A stretch of 64,000 nucleotides of DNA. Origin: Eledone cirrhosa. Lineage: Eukaryota. Both the position numbers and the translations under genes were made by a program. The DNA lies in NCBI GenBank assembly GCA_964016885.1, contig OZ024744.1:113150001-113214000 (forward strand). Direction: 5' to 3'. Below, in pieces: positions 52,266-64,000 of this stretch; the stretch's first letter is position 1; each line of letters starts with the position of its first letter. The notes beneath the pieces were generated by a model. That model was not told the DNA's origin. It made no database searches and worked only from the letters and a program-made list of their open reading frames with translations.

Positions 52266-52999
52266 TAAAAACATACTCAGTTTCTACGAATTCAAATTAC
52301 AACATCATTAATAAAGAAAGAGAAAGAAAAGGAAAAAAGGAAAAAAGAAAAAGATATAGAGAAAAAAAGACAAAAGAAGAGAAAAAGATAAAGGAAAAAA
52401 AAATAAAAATAAAGTGAAAAATAATGACAACAATAAATGAATAAATGCTAATAAACAAGTTACATCGAGGATGATAAAAAGCAATACAAAATATGATAAA
52501 AAATAAATAAAAAACGTTTATATGTGCAAAGAAAAGTAAACATAGTATGATTATTGAGAGTAGTTGTGGTGTTGGTGGTTATGATGGTATAAATATGAAA
52601 ATGTTAAATATATGTATGTATTAGTTACTTTAATAAATTAATTAGATAATTAATTAATTATTTAATTAATTAATTGTAAGTTATATTAGAAGTGAAAATA
52701 ATACGATAAGATATAATGTAAGAGATGAAATAAATTTAGGGAAAGAAATAGAATTATGTGAGACAGATAGATAGACAGATAGATAGATAGATAGATAGAT
52801 AGATTTTGCATATACTGTCCAAAGACAGATAGATTCATGGGTAAGTAGCTATAAGTAACTGGTACATGACCACAGGACATCTTGTCAACACTATGTGAGA
52901 GAGATAGGTAGGGGAGAAGATATCAAATCAAAATTTCCTTGTCAAAGATAGTACAAAGTGCTATTGCAAAGATAGTACAAGTGCTTTCCTTATTAAAGG

Positions 53000-53190
53000 A
53001 GATAATTGTTTCTACTTTAGGCACAAGGCCAGCAATTACTCAGTGCATTACTGGTACTTTATTTTATCGACCCCGTAAAGATGAAAGGCAAAGTCAACCT
53101 TGGCGGGATTTGAACTCAGATCGTAAAGGGACGTAACTATGCTGGAAAGCATGGCGTCCGACCCTCTACCGATACTGCCAATTCACCGCC
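53000..53190 (-). mobile_element. SINE family A with TSD
   Basis: ccttattaa(a)ggagataat on both sides. Confidence 0.87.
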
Positions 53191-53262
53191 CTTATTAAAG
53201 GAGATAATGTTAGTTAGAAATACATGAGTTGAGTGATGAATGAAGAATGGCTTATGCTCTAC

Positions 53263-53433
53263 CTGGATGAGGTAAGGATGATGATGAAATTGAATATATG
53301 TTGGGGTGGTGAATAGGGCTAATGACTTGGCTGTTGTCATGTTTTCTTTTCAGTTGTGGAGTCATTGGTATGCCTTTCATCTCACAATTTTCTCGATCCA
53401 TGCCATCCAAGCCAGATACCTTCAATATATTTT
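53263..53433 (-). CDS. SPAST: Candidate spastin exon (171 bp) (E)NILKVSGLDGMDRENCEMKGIPMTPQLKRKHDNSQVISPIHHPNIYSISSSSLPHP(V)
   Basis: Polypyrimidine tract tttccccatttttag|, donor |gtagag (weak); stop-free; phase 1-1 compatible with the 21811 exon; unique sequence amid repeats; no recognisable homology. Confidence 0.5.
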
Positions 53434-53489
53434 CTAAAAATGGGGAAAATATAAAGTTACAAATAAATTAAAAGAAAATTATAATTGTA

Positions 53490-54640
53490 ATAATGATTTC
53501 TTTATAAGCCAGAAAAGGGCTGACATGAAGAAAACATTAAGAACAGCACAGGACAATATAATGTAGGTTTTTCATGTAAAAAGTGTGATAATAGAAAACA
53601 ACAAACAGAAAAATTTAAATTAAGAAAAAATTCCTGAATAGGATGAGACTTCCAAGAGTTACTAATGGAGAAAAAGATAAAAAGATAAAAAGCCATAACC
53701 ACCCTGACCATCAAGGCAAGTTCCACCACCACCACCACCACCAGATGTCCTCCTCCAATTCATTGGTGCACACACAGTAGGACCATTCATTTAGACCATG
53801 CTTGACACTCTCATCCACCTTTCATCAAAGAGAAAAGTGCCTGTTCCCAACTTTTTCAACTGCATCCCCCACACAAGCCCTTTAATCATACCCATCAGGT
53901 AGTTGAAAACTTGCTACACTGCTGCTGCAGTTGTTGGTCCTACTATCAGTGCTATTTGAGCTGTTGTTAGGGCCCTGGTTTGGCAGCATGGAAGGGGTTG
54001 CAGTACCATGTATTTTGTTGAAGTCAGAAAGTACTTAGGTGGTTAGCAATATCACATAAAAGACACTGAGGTCTCTTTCTAAAGCAGCTGAATAACATCT
54101 GGCAAATTATTCAGGTTTTCTGGTTTGATCTGCAACAGGACCTCTAAAGTTATCCTAGTGTAGTTTTCCTGCTGAGTTCTTTTTACATCCAGAAAGGCAT
54201 TGCTCCCCTCACCCACCAGATGTCCAGCTCTAATTGGACATCCAAAATCTTGACTGTTACTGTTCTTAACTAAGACAAAAAAAAGGAACATTATTGCTTC
54301 ATCAGGAACCACAGAATATTTTAGATTAAGACCTTTGCTTCTGAAAAGAATTTCCACACCTCCAAACTGCTTTGCCTTTATGACAAATTCAATGTCGGGC
54401 CATATTTCCTTTAAGGCCCTCTAAATTTGGGCCTTTGGCGTGCTTCGAAGTGTTGGGTTTTAGTGACATGCAGCAATACAGCAGCCTTTTTTTTTTTTTT
54501 TAGCAGTTCCTGCCAATATTTCTAATGGGATGGCTAATCAGGCCCTTCTTTCCTCCATTTTGACCAATTCAGCCAGCTGTGTCCTTGTTCTGCTGGTTTT
54601 GCTCCTGTAAATGTTACTTTTATGGTTGTTGTAAATGTTA
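53490..54640 (-). mobile_element. Old internally deleted Tx1-like element: ORF1 remnant plus 3' end
   Basis: KAQI*RALKEIW..GGVEILF and LEVLLQIKPENLNNLPDVI align to ORF1 EAQIQKALGSVW..TVDVLF and IEMLIQTNQECIEAIPDVI; 3' end ataaagaaatcattatt. Confidence 0.75.
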
Positions 54641-57480
54641 TCATTAGTAATGGTACTAGAACATCTGTTACTATTACTATGTTATCATTAGTAATGGTAC
54701 TGGAACATCTGTTACTATTACTATGTTATCATTAGTAATGATACTGGAACATCTGTTACTATTACTATGTTATCATTAGTAATGGTACTGGAACATCTGT
54801 TACTATTACTATGTTATCATTAGTAATGGTACTGGAACATCTGTTACTATTACTATGTTATCATTAGTAATGGTACTGGAACATCTGTTACTATTACTAT
54901 GTTATCATTAGTAATGGTACTGGAACATCTGTTACTATTACTATGTTATCATTAGTAATGGTACTGGAACATCTGTTACTATTACTATGTTATCATTAGT
55001 AATGGTACTGGAACATCTGTTACTATTACTATGTTATCATTAGTAATGGTACTGGAACATCTGTTACTATTACTATGTTATCATTAGTAATGGTACTGGA
55101 ACATCTGTTACTATTACTATGTTATCATTAGTAATGGTTCTGGAACATCTGTTACTATTACTATGTTATCATTAGTAATGGTACTGGAACATCTGTTACT
55201 ATTACTATGCTATCATTAGTAATGGTACTGGAACATCTGTTACTATTACTATGTTATCATTAGTAATGGTTCTGGAACATCTGTTACTATTACTATGTTA
55301 TCATTAGTAATGGTTCTGGAACATCTGTTACTATTACTATGTTATCATTAGTAATGGTACTGGAACATCTGTTACTATTACTATGTTATCATTAGTAATG
55401 GTACTGGAACATCTGTTACTATTACTATGTTATCATTAGTAGTGGTACTGGAACATCTGTTACTATTACTATGTTATCATTAGTAATGGTTCTGGAACAT
55501 CTGTTACTATTACTATGTTATCATTAGTAATGGTACTGGAACATCTGTTACTATTACTATGTTATCATTAGTAGTGGTACTGGAACATCTGTTACTATTA
55601 CTATGTTATCATTAGTAGTGGTACTGGAACATCTGTTACTATTACTATGTTATCATTAGTAATGGTACTAGAACATCTGTTACTATTACTATGTTATCAT
55701 TAGTAGTGGTACTGGAACATCTGTTACTATTACTATGTTATCATTAGTAATGGTACTGGAACATCTGTTACTATTACTATGTTATCATTAGTAGTGGTAC
55801 TGGAACATCTGTTACTATTACTATGTTATCATTAGTAATGGTACTGGAACATCTGTTACTATTACTATGTTATCATTAGTAATGGTACTGGAACATCTGT
55901 TACTATTACTATGTTATCATTAGTAATGGTACTGGAACATCTGTTACTATTACTATGTTATCATTAGTAATGGTACTGGAACATCTGTTACTATTACTAT
56001 GTTATCATTAGTAATGGTACTGGAACATCTGTTACTATTACTATGTTATCATTAGTAATGGTTCTGGAACATCTGTTACTATTACTATGTTATCATTAGT
56101 AATGGTACTGGAACATCTGTTACTATTACTATGTTATCATTAGTAATGGTACTGGAACATCTGTTACTATTACTATGTTATCATTAGTAATGGTACTGGA
56201 ACATCTGTTACTATTACTATGTTATCATTAGTAATGGTACTGGAACATCTGTTACTATTACTATGTTATCATTAGTAATGGTTCTGGAACATCTGTTACT
56301 ATTACTATGTTATCATTAGTAGTGGTACTGGAACATCTGTTACTATTACTATGTTATCATTAGTAATGGTTCTGGAACATCTGTTACTATTACTATGTTA
56401 TCATTAGTAATGGTTCTGGAACATCTGTTACTATTACTATGTTATCATTAGTAATGGTACTGGAACATCTGTTACTATTACTATGTTATCATTAGTAATG
56501 GTACTGGAACATCTGTTACTATTACTATGTTATCATTAGTAGTGGTACTGGAACATCTGTTACTATTACTATGTTATCATTAGTAGTGGTACTGGAACAT
56601 CTGTTACTATTACTATGTTATCATTAGTAATGGTTCTGGAACATCTGTTACTATTACTATGTTATTAGTAATGGTACTGGAACATCTGTTACTATTACTA
56701 TGTTATCATTAGTAGTGGTACTGGAACATCTGTTACTATTACTATGTTATCATTAGTAGTGGTACTGGAACATCTGTTACTATTACTATGTTATCATTAG
56801 TAATGGTACTAGAACATCTGTTACTATTACTATGTTATCATTAGTAGTGGTACTGGAACATCTGTTACTATTACTATGTTATCATTAGTAATGGTACTGG
56901 AACATCTGTTACTATTACTATGTTATCATTAGTAGTGGTACTGGAACATCTGTTACTATTACTATGTTATTAGTAATGGTACTGGAACATCTGTTACTAT
57001 TACTATGTTATCATTAGTAATGGTACTGGAACATCTGTTACTATTACTATGTTATCATTAGTAATGGTACTGGAACATCTGTTACTATTACTATGTTATC
57101 ATTAGTAGTGGTACTGGAACATCTGTTACTATTACTATGTTATCATTAGTAATGGTACTGGAACATCTGTTACTATTACTATGTTATCATTAGTAATGGT
57201 TCTGGAACATCTGTTACTATTACTATGTTATCATTAGTAATGGTACTGGAACATCTGTTACTATTACTATGTTATCATTAGTAATGGTACTGGAACATCT
57301 GTTACTATTACTATGTTATCATTAGTAGTGGTACTGGAACATCTGTTACTATTACTATGTTATCATTAGTAATGGTACTGGAACATCTGTTACTATTACT
57401 ATGTTATCATTAGTAATGGTTCTGGAACATCTGTTACTATTACTATGTTATCATTAGTAATGGTTCTGGAACATCTGTTC
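54638..57480. repeat. 44-bp minisatellite, ~64 highly homogeneous copies
   Basis: Unit tatgttatcattagtaatggtactggaacatctgttactattac; same register at 54661 and 55321 (15x44). Confidence 0.98.
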
Positions 57481-57639
57481 CCAAAGCAAAGTCACTAGAT
57501 GTCTTATTCTCTTCCAAACTATCTCTCACTGAAAATAACCTCTGTCTAACATAACTGTTTCAAATAAAACCCATATCTATTTTTTTTTTCAAAAGAAAAC
57601 GTAAGATTTTAAAATAAAAACTTTGTAACTCACTGCGCC

Positions 57640-57880
57640 CCCACTCTCCCACCAAAGAGAGGGGGTAACATTCTAGAGATGAGGACCACACCCTCCCACC
57701 AGGGGCAGGGTAACATTCTAGAGATGAGGACTATATCTTCCTACCAAAGAGAGGGGTAACATTCTAGAAATGACAACCACACCCTCATACCAGGGAAAGG
57801 GGTAACACATTCTAAAGATGAAGACAGCACCCTTTAACCAAAGCGAGGGAGGTAACATTCTAGAGATGAGAACCCCACCT
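57640..57880. repeat. Degenerate ~45-50-bp repeat, 5 copies
   Basis: Recurrent ggtaacattctagagatgag core. Confidence 0.7.
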
Positions 57881-57994
57881 GGAGTTACCAGGCATGCCTT
57901 TCTATGGTTGTGCCAACTTTATCTAAATTAGTTGAAAAATACCAATTTAAAACAAGAAAACTATAACTTACAAGAACATTTGTTTCTCTTCTGG

Positions 57995-58350
57995 TAGTTG
58001 TTGATGATGATAGTTGTTGATGATGATAGTTGTTGATGATGATAGTTGTTGATGATGATAGTTGTTGATGATGATAGTTGTTGATGATGATAGTTGTTGA
58101 TGATGATAGTTGTTGATGATGATAGTTGTTGATGATGATATTTGTTTCAATATTTAGCACAAGAACAGGAATTTGAAGAGAAAGGGAAAGTTGATTAAAT
58201 CAACCCAGTGCATTACTGGTACTTAATTTTATCAACTCCATAAGGATGAAAGTGAAAGCTAACCTTGGTGGGATATGAACTCAGAATATGAAGAGTTAGA
58301 CTAAATACCTCACTAGCATTTTGTCAGACGCTCTACCAATTCTGCCAATC
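57995..58350 (-). mobile_element. Older SINE family A copy with an expanded 16-bp tail repeat
   Basis: SINE core 58200-58350; (gttgttgatgatgata)n at 57995-58140. Confidence 0.7.
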
Positions 58351-58354
58351 CATC

Positions 58355-58770
58355 ATAATGCCAACACTACGAAATACCAACAGAAAAAAGATGGTACAGA
58401 CACACACCAGAAAAGTTACCAGAAAATGACAAAACAACCATTCTCTGCGATATGCCTATACACCGAAACACGGAGATCATAGACAACCAAGCAGATATTA
58501 TAGTAACAGACCAGAAAGAAAAAAAATATCTTCTAATTGACAATATATACAGATGACAATATATCTATCATGGAAATGGGGAAATTATCAAAATATAAAG
58601 ATCTAGAGATAGAAATAACTTAAATATGGATGGTGAAAACAGAAACAATCCCTATATGTGCTCCAGGACTGATAGAAAAAAACAAAACAAATACATAACC
58701 AAAATCCTAGGACATACAAATATATACAGTATACTACAAGGAACTACACACATATTACATAGAGTACTCC
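58355..58770 (+). mobile_element. R4/Dong-like restriction-like endonuclease fragment
   Basis: WYRHTPEK..TILCDMPI..ADII..LLID..KLSKYKDLEIEI..GTTHILHRVL matches the PD-(D/E)xK RLE C-terminus. Confidence 0.78.
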
Positions 58771-61432
58771 GGCTACAATGGGATCCATGGAGGTTATGGG
58801 TTGGTACTAGAAATGAGGAAAGTTTCAGGATCCTGGAATTTTGGAAGTCCCTTCCTAGTGAAGAATGCATCTCCAAACATAACCCAATAGTTAGTGACCT
58901 CATAGCCATGGCTAAATGAACTCAATGACAGAGGACAACCTTGAAGAGAAGCGTGTGGAAGTTGAAGGACCCCACAGCCAGTACAAATTTAGAGGCATGT
59001 TACTCAATGCTTTTGACAGTAAGGAAGAGCAATTAGAGACATACAATATAGAGGAACAGTGCGAATTCTTGAAAGGTAACCTACTGAAGGTGACAGATGA
59101 AATCTGTGGCTGGAGCAGGTCTCTAGGGAGGTGAGTGACTTGGTGGTGGAACAGTTAGGTGGAGGAGTCAATTAAGGACAAAAGGTAGGCATGGAAAGAA
59201 TGGCAGGAGGAAGGAAGTAGAGAACACTATCAAGTGGCTAAGAGAGAAACTCGGTGACAACAGTACCTTGCAAGATGGGAAGCAGAGGATAAAAAATTAT
59301 AGCATGCTACAAAATGTGAGGACCAAAGACGTGAGGTGTTCAGGATTGCAAGACAATGTGTCAAGGATAATTGTGATGTTGGTGAGGAGAAGTGTGTTTG
59401 AGATGATAATGGTGCACTTGTCACTGATGCTGAAACAAAGGTAGCATCGAAGTGCCACAATGAAAGATTACTAAATGAGGAGAATGAATGGGATGTAAAT
59501 AGTTTGCCCCAAGTTGACCCAAAAGAGGGACCAGCTGTGCAAGTTTGTAGCAGTATAGTAAGTAAAGCAATCAAAGATATAAAGACAGGCAAGGAAACTG
59601 GACCTTTGGAGATAGTGCTGAGATGCTGAAAACGTCTGGAATGGTGGGACACACCATAGTCACTTGTATAGTAAACCGAGTAATACAAAATGGGGTCATA
59701 CCCAATGACTGGCATAGCAGCATCATCGTCAACTGCTACAAGGGCAAAGGAGACGCTCTAGATAGAGAAAACTATAGAGGCATTAAGTTGGTTGACCAGA
59801 CCATGGAGGTCACAGAAAGAGTTATCGCACAGTTGATTAGAGACTGAATTAACCTTGATGAAATACAGTTTCGATTTGTGCCAGGTAAAAGTACCACAGA
59901 TGATCTCTTCCTCATGGGAGAACCACAGGAAAAGTACCTAGCTAAAAGTAAACACCTCTACTTAGCTTTTGTTGACTTGGAGAAAGCCTTTGACAGAGTC
60001 CCCCGTTCCTTAATCTGGTGGGCCCTTAGAAAACTAGGAGTAGATGAATGGCTTGTGAGAGCTATACAAGCCATGTATAGAGACACAGTCAGCAAGGTTA
60101 GAATTAACAATGAATATAGTGAAGAATTTAGCCTACAGGTAGGTGTTCATCAGGGCTACGTCCTTAGCCCCTCCTGTTTATTAATGTCCTGGGAACTTCT
60201 ATATGTAGATGATCTAACTCTCATAGCTGAATCTATGGCTGAACTACAGAAGTTCCAAACATGGAAGCAAGGCCTAGAATCAAAAGGCCTTAGATTTAGC
60301 TTGTCTAAGACTAAAGTTCTAGTATGTAAAAAAGAAAATAAGGCACAGATGCTCTCTGGGAAATGGCCGTGCTCAGTGTTTAAGAAAGGAGTAGGTAGAA
60401 ATTCCATTCTATGTCCCAAATGCAAACTATGGGTACATAAAAGATGGTGGATGTAGTGGGATCACAGGTTAGCTAACTAAGAATATAGATTTTATATGTG
60501 GTCGATGCTCAGGTGCAGTATGTAGCAGGTGCCCACAGGATACTAGTTCTTTCTACTGCCCAGATGGTTCTATAGAAATAGTAGACACTTTCCGTTACCT
60601 GGGTGACAAAATCAGCAGTGGAGGAGGGTGCTCTGAAAGTACAGTAGCCAGAGTTAGAACGGGATGGAGAAAGTTCAGAGAGCTAATACCGCTCTTAGCT
60701 ACAGAAGGTTTTTCCCTTAAAACGAAAGGCAGATAGTACGATGTTTGTTACATGACAGTGAGACATGGGCATTGTGTGCAGAGGACCTGCGCAGATTGGA
60801 AAGAAATGAAGTTTGCATGCTCCAATGGATGTGTAACAGACGACAAAGCGTAAATGAACTAAGTGAGAAATTAGGAATAAGAAGGATCAGATGCTGTTTA
60901 CTTGAGAAGATTACGTTGGTATGGTCACGTGATGCAAATAAAGGATGACAGCTGTATAAAAAGGTGCATGGCAATCAAAATTGATGGAAACTATGGAGTA
61001 GGAAGACCCAGAAAAACGTAGGACAAGGTGATAAAAGCTGACCTTGCTCACTTACACCTCTCTAAAACAACGACACTGGATTGAGGTCTTTGGCGTTATG
61101 CATTAATACAGAAGACCTGCCTTCCCTTGCACATGGGTGCAAGCATACATCCAATAGGCACCTTTTAACCACCTAATCCACTATACCCCCATTCTATACA
61201 CCCCCCATGCCCGTACACCACCCTACCACTCTTGTCCACACCACCCTTACACTGTAAAGTTATGTTGGTATCACAAAAACATCCAGTCCACACAGTAAAT
61301 GTAGTAGGCATTAGGAAGGGCACCCAGCCATAGAAATCTAGCCTGAAACAATTCTATATGAGCGAGACACAGTCACCTGACCCAACTTACTTCTAATGGG
61401 ACAGCCCATGCTAGCCTGGAAAATGATGATGA
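58770..61432 (+). mobile_element. Decayed RTE LINE
   Basis: RT ORFs 59623-60456 and 60745-60948; similar to the 16152-19660 subfamily; (GAT)n tail. Confidence 0.9.
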
Positions 61433-61462
61433 TATTTATATATCTATTTATCTATCTATCTG

Positions 61463-61925
61463 TATCATCATCATTTTACGTCCGCTTTTCCCTGCTTGCA
61501 AGGATGGGATGGGTCCTACTTAGCACAGCATCTCTCCACTTGTCACGGTCCTTCGTCATTTCCACCGTGAGCTTCAGCGATCTGAGGTCTGTTCTCACCA
61601 CCTCTGCCCATGTTTTTCATGGTCTACCTCTACCACGTCTTCCTTCAACTGGCATTTCCTGGCACTTCTTCACCCATCGGTCATCCACCATGCGCATCAC
61701 ATGTCCATACCACCTCAGTCTCCTCTCCTGCACACTACATTCTATCCCTCTCAGACAGTTCCTCTCTCAACACATCCATGTTGGGTCGTTCACATACATT
61801 GACATTGCACATCCAACGGAGCATGCTTGCCTCATTTCTCTCCAGCCGTTGCATATCATCTGCAGTTGCTGTTATGCAGCATCATGCACCTCACACAGGC
61901 ATCATATAACCGGCCTTTCGTACAT
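61463..61925 (-). mobile_element. RTE 3' fragment (34760-type subfamily)
   Basis: Reverse complement resembles 37140-37580. Confidence 0.8.
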
Positions 61926-62249
61926 ATATGCCCCAAGTGGGCGAAATATGGTCCCCTGACCTGATTCTCTCCCAAAGGGTCAGCCTGTCCTACCCATGCT
62001 AGCATGGAAAATGGACGTTAAACGATGATGATGATATATATATATATATAAAACTTACAGAAAATAGAAGTACTGGGTATTGCACACATGAAAAGCACTC
62101 TTAATACAATAGAAACAACACCACCAGAAAACCACACTGCACATACCCAAGGAACACAGACCCGTGCTCAGTATTGCAGTGACAACATACAATAAAAATA
62201 AAACTAATAATAATGGTTTCTGATTTAGACACAAGGCCAACATTTATTT

Positions 62250-63710
62250 GTTTCTGAGGGGTAACTGTTCACTGAGCACAACAAATGCAGCTGTGCATTG
62301 CAGCAATCCATCCTCTGAAAATGGGCCAAAAGCTGGCTGCCTGGGGGACTACCACTAGTTCTGATGGTTGACTCTATCAAAAGCTTTATATCCTTAGCCA
62401 CACTCTCTATGATGCATCACATAAGGGAGAGGTTGTCATGGATGGCTCTGTTTGGGATGGCAAATGTCTGTGCCTCCCCTACCACTGATGTCAAGTGCCA
62501 ACCTCACTGCTAATACCTTGGTTAAAACTTTGAACTGTGCATTTAGCAGTGTTATGGGCCTAAAACTATCCATATAATCCCCCTTATTCAGCGCCTTTCT
62601 CAGCAGGCTCACAGAACCGAGAATTCTCCCGTTCTGCTGCCAAATGCAGTAGATGGTTGCCAAGAGGTCACTGAACAAGCCTGGGATATAAACGTAAAGC
62701 GAATCATGCAAACCAGGTGATTTACCCCTCGTGCAGATAGTCATTGCCTCCAGGGATTTCAGTGGCTGTTATTGGCTTTTCACAACACTGTCAGGCAGGC
62801 CATAGAGGTAGGCATTAAAGTCCATCCCATGATCTGGCCCACCACTGCTCCTGAACAGTTGAGCCAAGTGCTGATGAAAAGCCACACATCTGCTTGGGAT
62901 TGTGTAACGTGCACCTGTCATAGTGCACCACAGATCAGATTGTGAATGTTACTATGCTGTGCTTCCACCACTCGCGTCCATTGACCGGCTTTGGTCTCCT
63001 CATGTCTAAGAGTGCACACCTTAGCTCTGACCATGCAACCGTGGTGCTTAGCATGAAGAATTGATCCAGGGCCAATCTTGCCACAAGAACGTCGGTTGCG
63101 ATGCCTTTGTTAATTGCATCTTTTAGTTTCTTTAACTAGCTCCCTCTCAACTCTAATGATTCTACTTTAATTGCTCTTGTCAGGGCATACCACCACTTGT
63201 TGACGATTGCCCCTGTCAGCATCCACATAACTAATTCACTCTCTCAAGGCTTTGTGTGTTGGGAATGAAGCGTTCAGTTTCCAGTAACCGGGTCCTTGCC
63301 AATGGAGCCTATCTAGATCTACTACACATGTCACAAATTTGTGGTCTGTGTATTCAACTATTTTAAATTGTCGACAACTTAAGCTATCCCTGCCTTCTTC
63401 CCTTCAGAATACTCTATCTAGAATCGATCTGGATGACACGATGCAGTTAGTCCATATCCACATTCGGGAAATCCAGTCGGTACCTGTCAGACAGTTGGAA
63501 ACGTCTGAGCAGGTTTGCAAAGCTTTTATGCCCTCCTCCCCTATCCACATGCATCTAAGATCCCGTTCCAATTGCCCATTAACACTAAAGAGCAGGACTT
63601 TCTTAGAAAAGTCTCCAGGCACCTGAAGAAATTAGTTTGTCCAACCCGTCGGAGCAGAGACGGCGACTAGCCTGAAGGCATGCCTTCCGCTGTTGGTCGC
63701 ATCCAGCAGT
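62250..63710 (-). mobile_element. Decayed Tx1 ORF2 fragment (EN to RT)
   Basis: RGKSPGL..FRPITLLNAQFKVLTKVLA and SSRSILDRVF align to ORF2 at 40717-44136. Confidence 0.88.
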
Positions 63711-63739
63711 CTTCTTTCATTTGTTTCTGTATAATAGCT

Positions 63740-63900
63740 TCAGATTTAGGCAGAAGGCCAACAATTTTGGAGGAGGGGAAAGTCGATTAAATCGACGCCA
63801 GTGCATTACTGGTACTTTATTTTATCAGCCCCGTAAGGACAAAAGACAGAGCTAACCTCAGCGGAATTTGAACTCAGACTGTAAAGGGCTGTATACTATA
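63740..63900 (-). mobile_element. Old SINE family A copy
   Basis: gcattactggtactttattttatc..gaatttgaactcag core. Confidence 0.65.
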
Positions 63901-64000
63901 GTGAAACCAGATTGTCTGACACTCAACTATAATAATAGACCCTGTGGCCAGTACTGTCTATTGGAAGTTATAACATTTGAAAGGGAGTCAATTAAATGAT

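Noticed and set aside
57889-57922. Possible 34-bp micro-exon (ag|...|gtaact) on minus strand
   Set aside because: No spastin similarity; phase does not fit the neighbouring exons

Overview
Eukaryotic, AT-rich, repeat-dense genomic DNA. The SINE/LINE content and (TA)n load suggest a coleoid cephalopod such as an octopus; this is an inference. The only host gene is a minus-strand spastin (SPAST, AAA ATPase) with five well-supported exons (21654-21811, 15510-15636, 8728-8792, 7616-7690, 4364-4435) and one candidate upstream exon (53263-53433). The rest is intron. The introns hold four 3-5 kb minisatellite arrays (64, 64/65, 72 and 44 bp units) and many decayed RTE-clade LINEs. They also hold one apparently intact two-ORF Tx1/L1-clade element nested in the 3' UTR of a 5'-truncated RTE element that ends in three C2H2 fingers, Penelope-like and R4/Dong-like fragments, two tRNA-derived SINE families and long (TA)n-type microsatellites. 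Two observations stand out. First, at least three of the four minisatellites have units cut from retrotransposon coding sequence. Second, there is a set of minimal type I hammerhead-ribozyme motifs with palindromic stem III, three of which share a non-canonical U/U at the base of stem II while their stems covary. No CRISPR or prokaryotic systems are present, and most long ORFs in the track (YIYI..., HNIYIT...) are repeat artefacts. All alignments were done by eye, so element boundaries are approximate.
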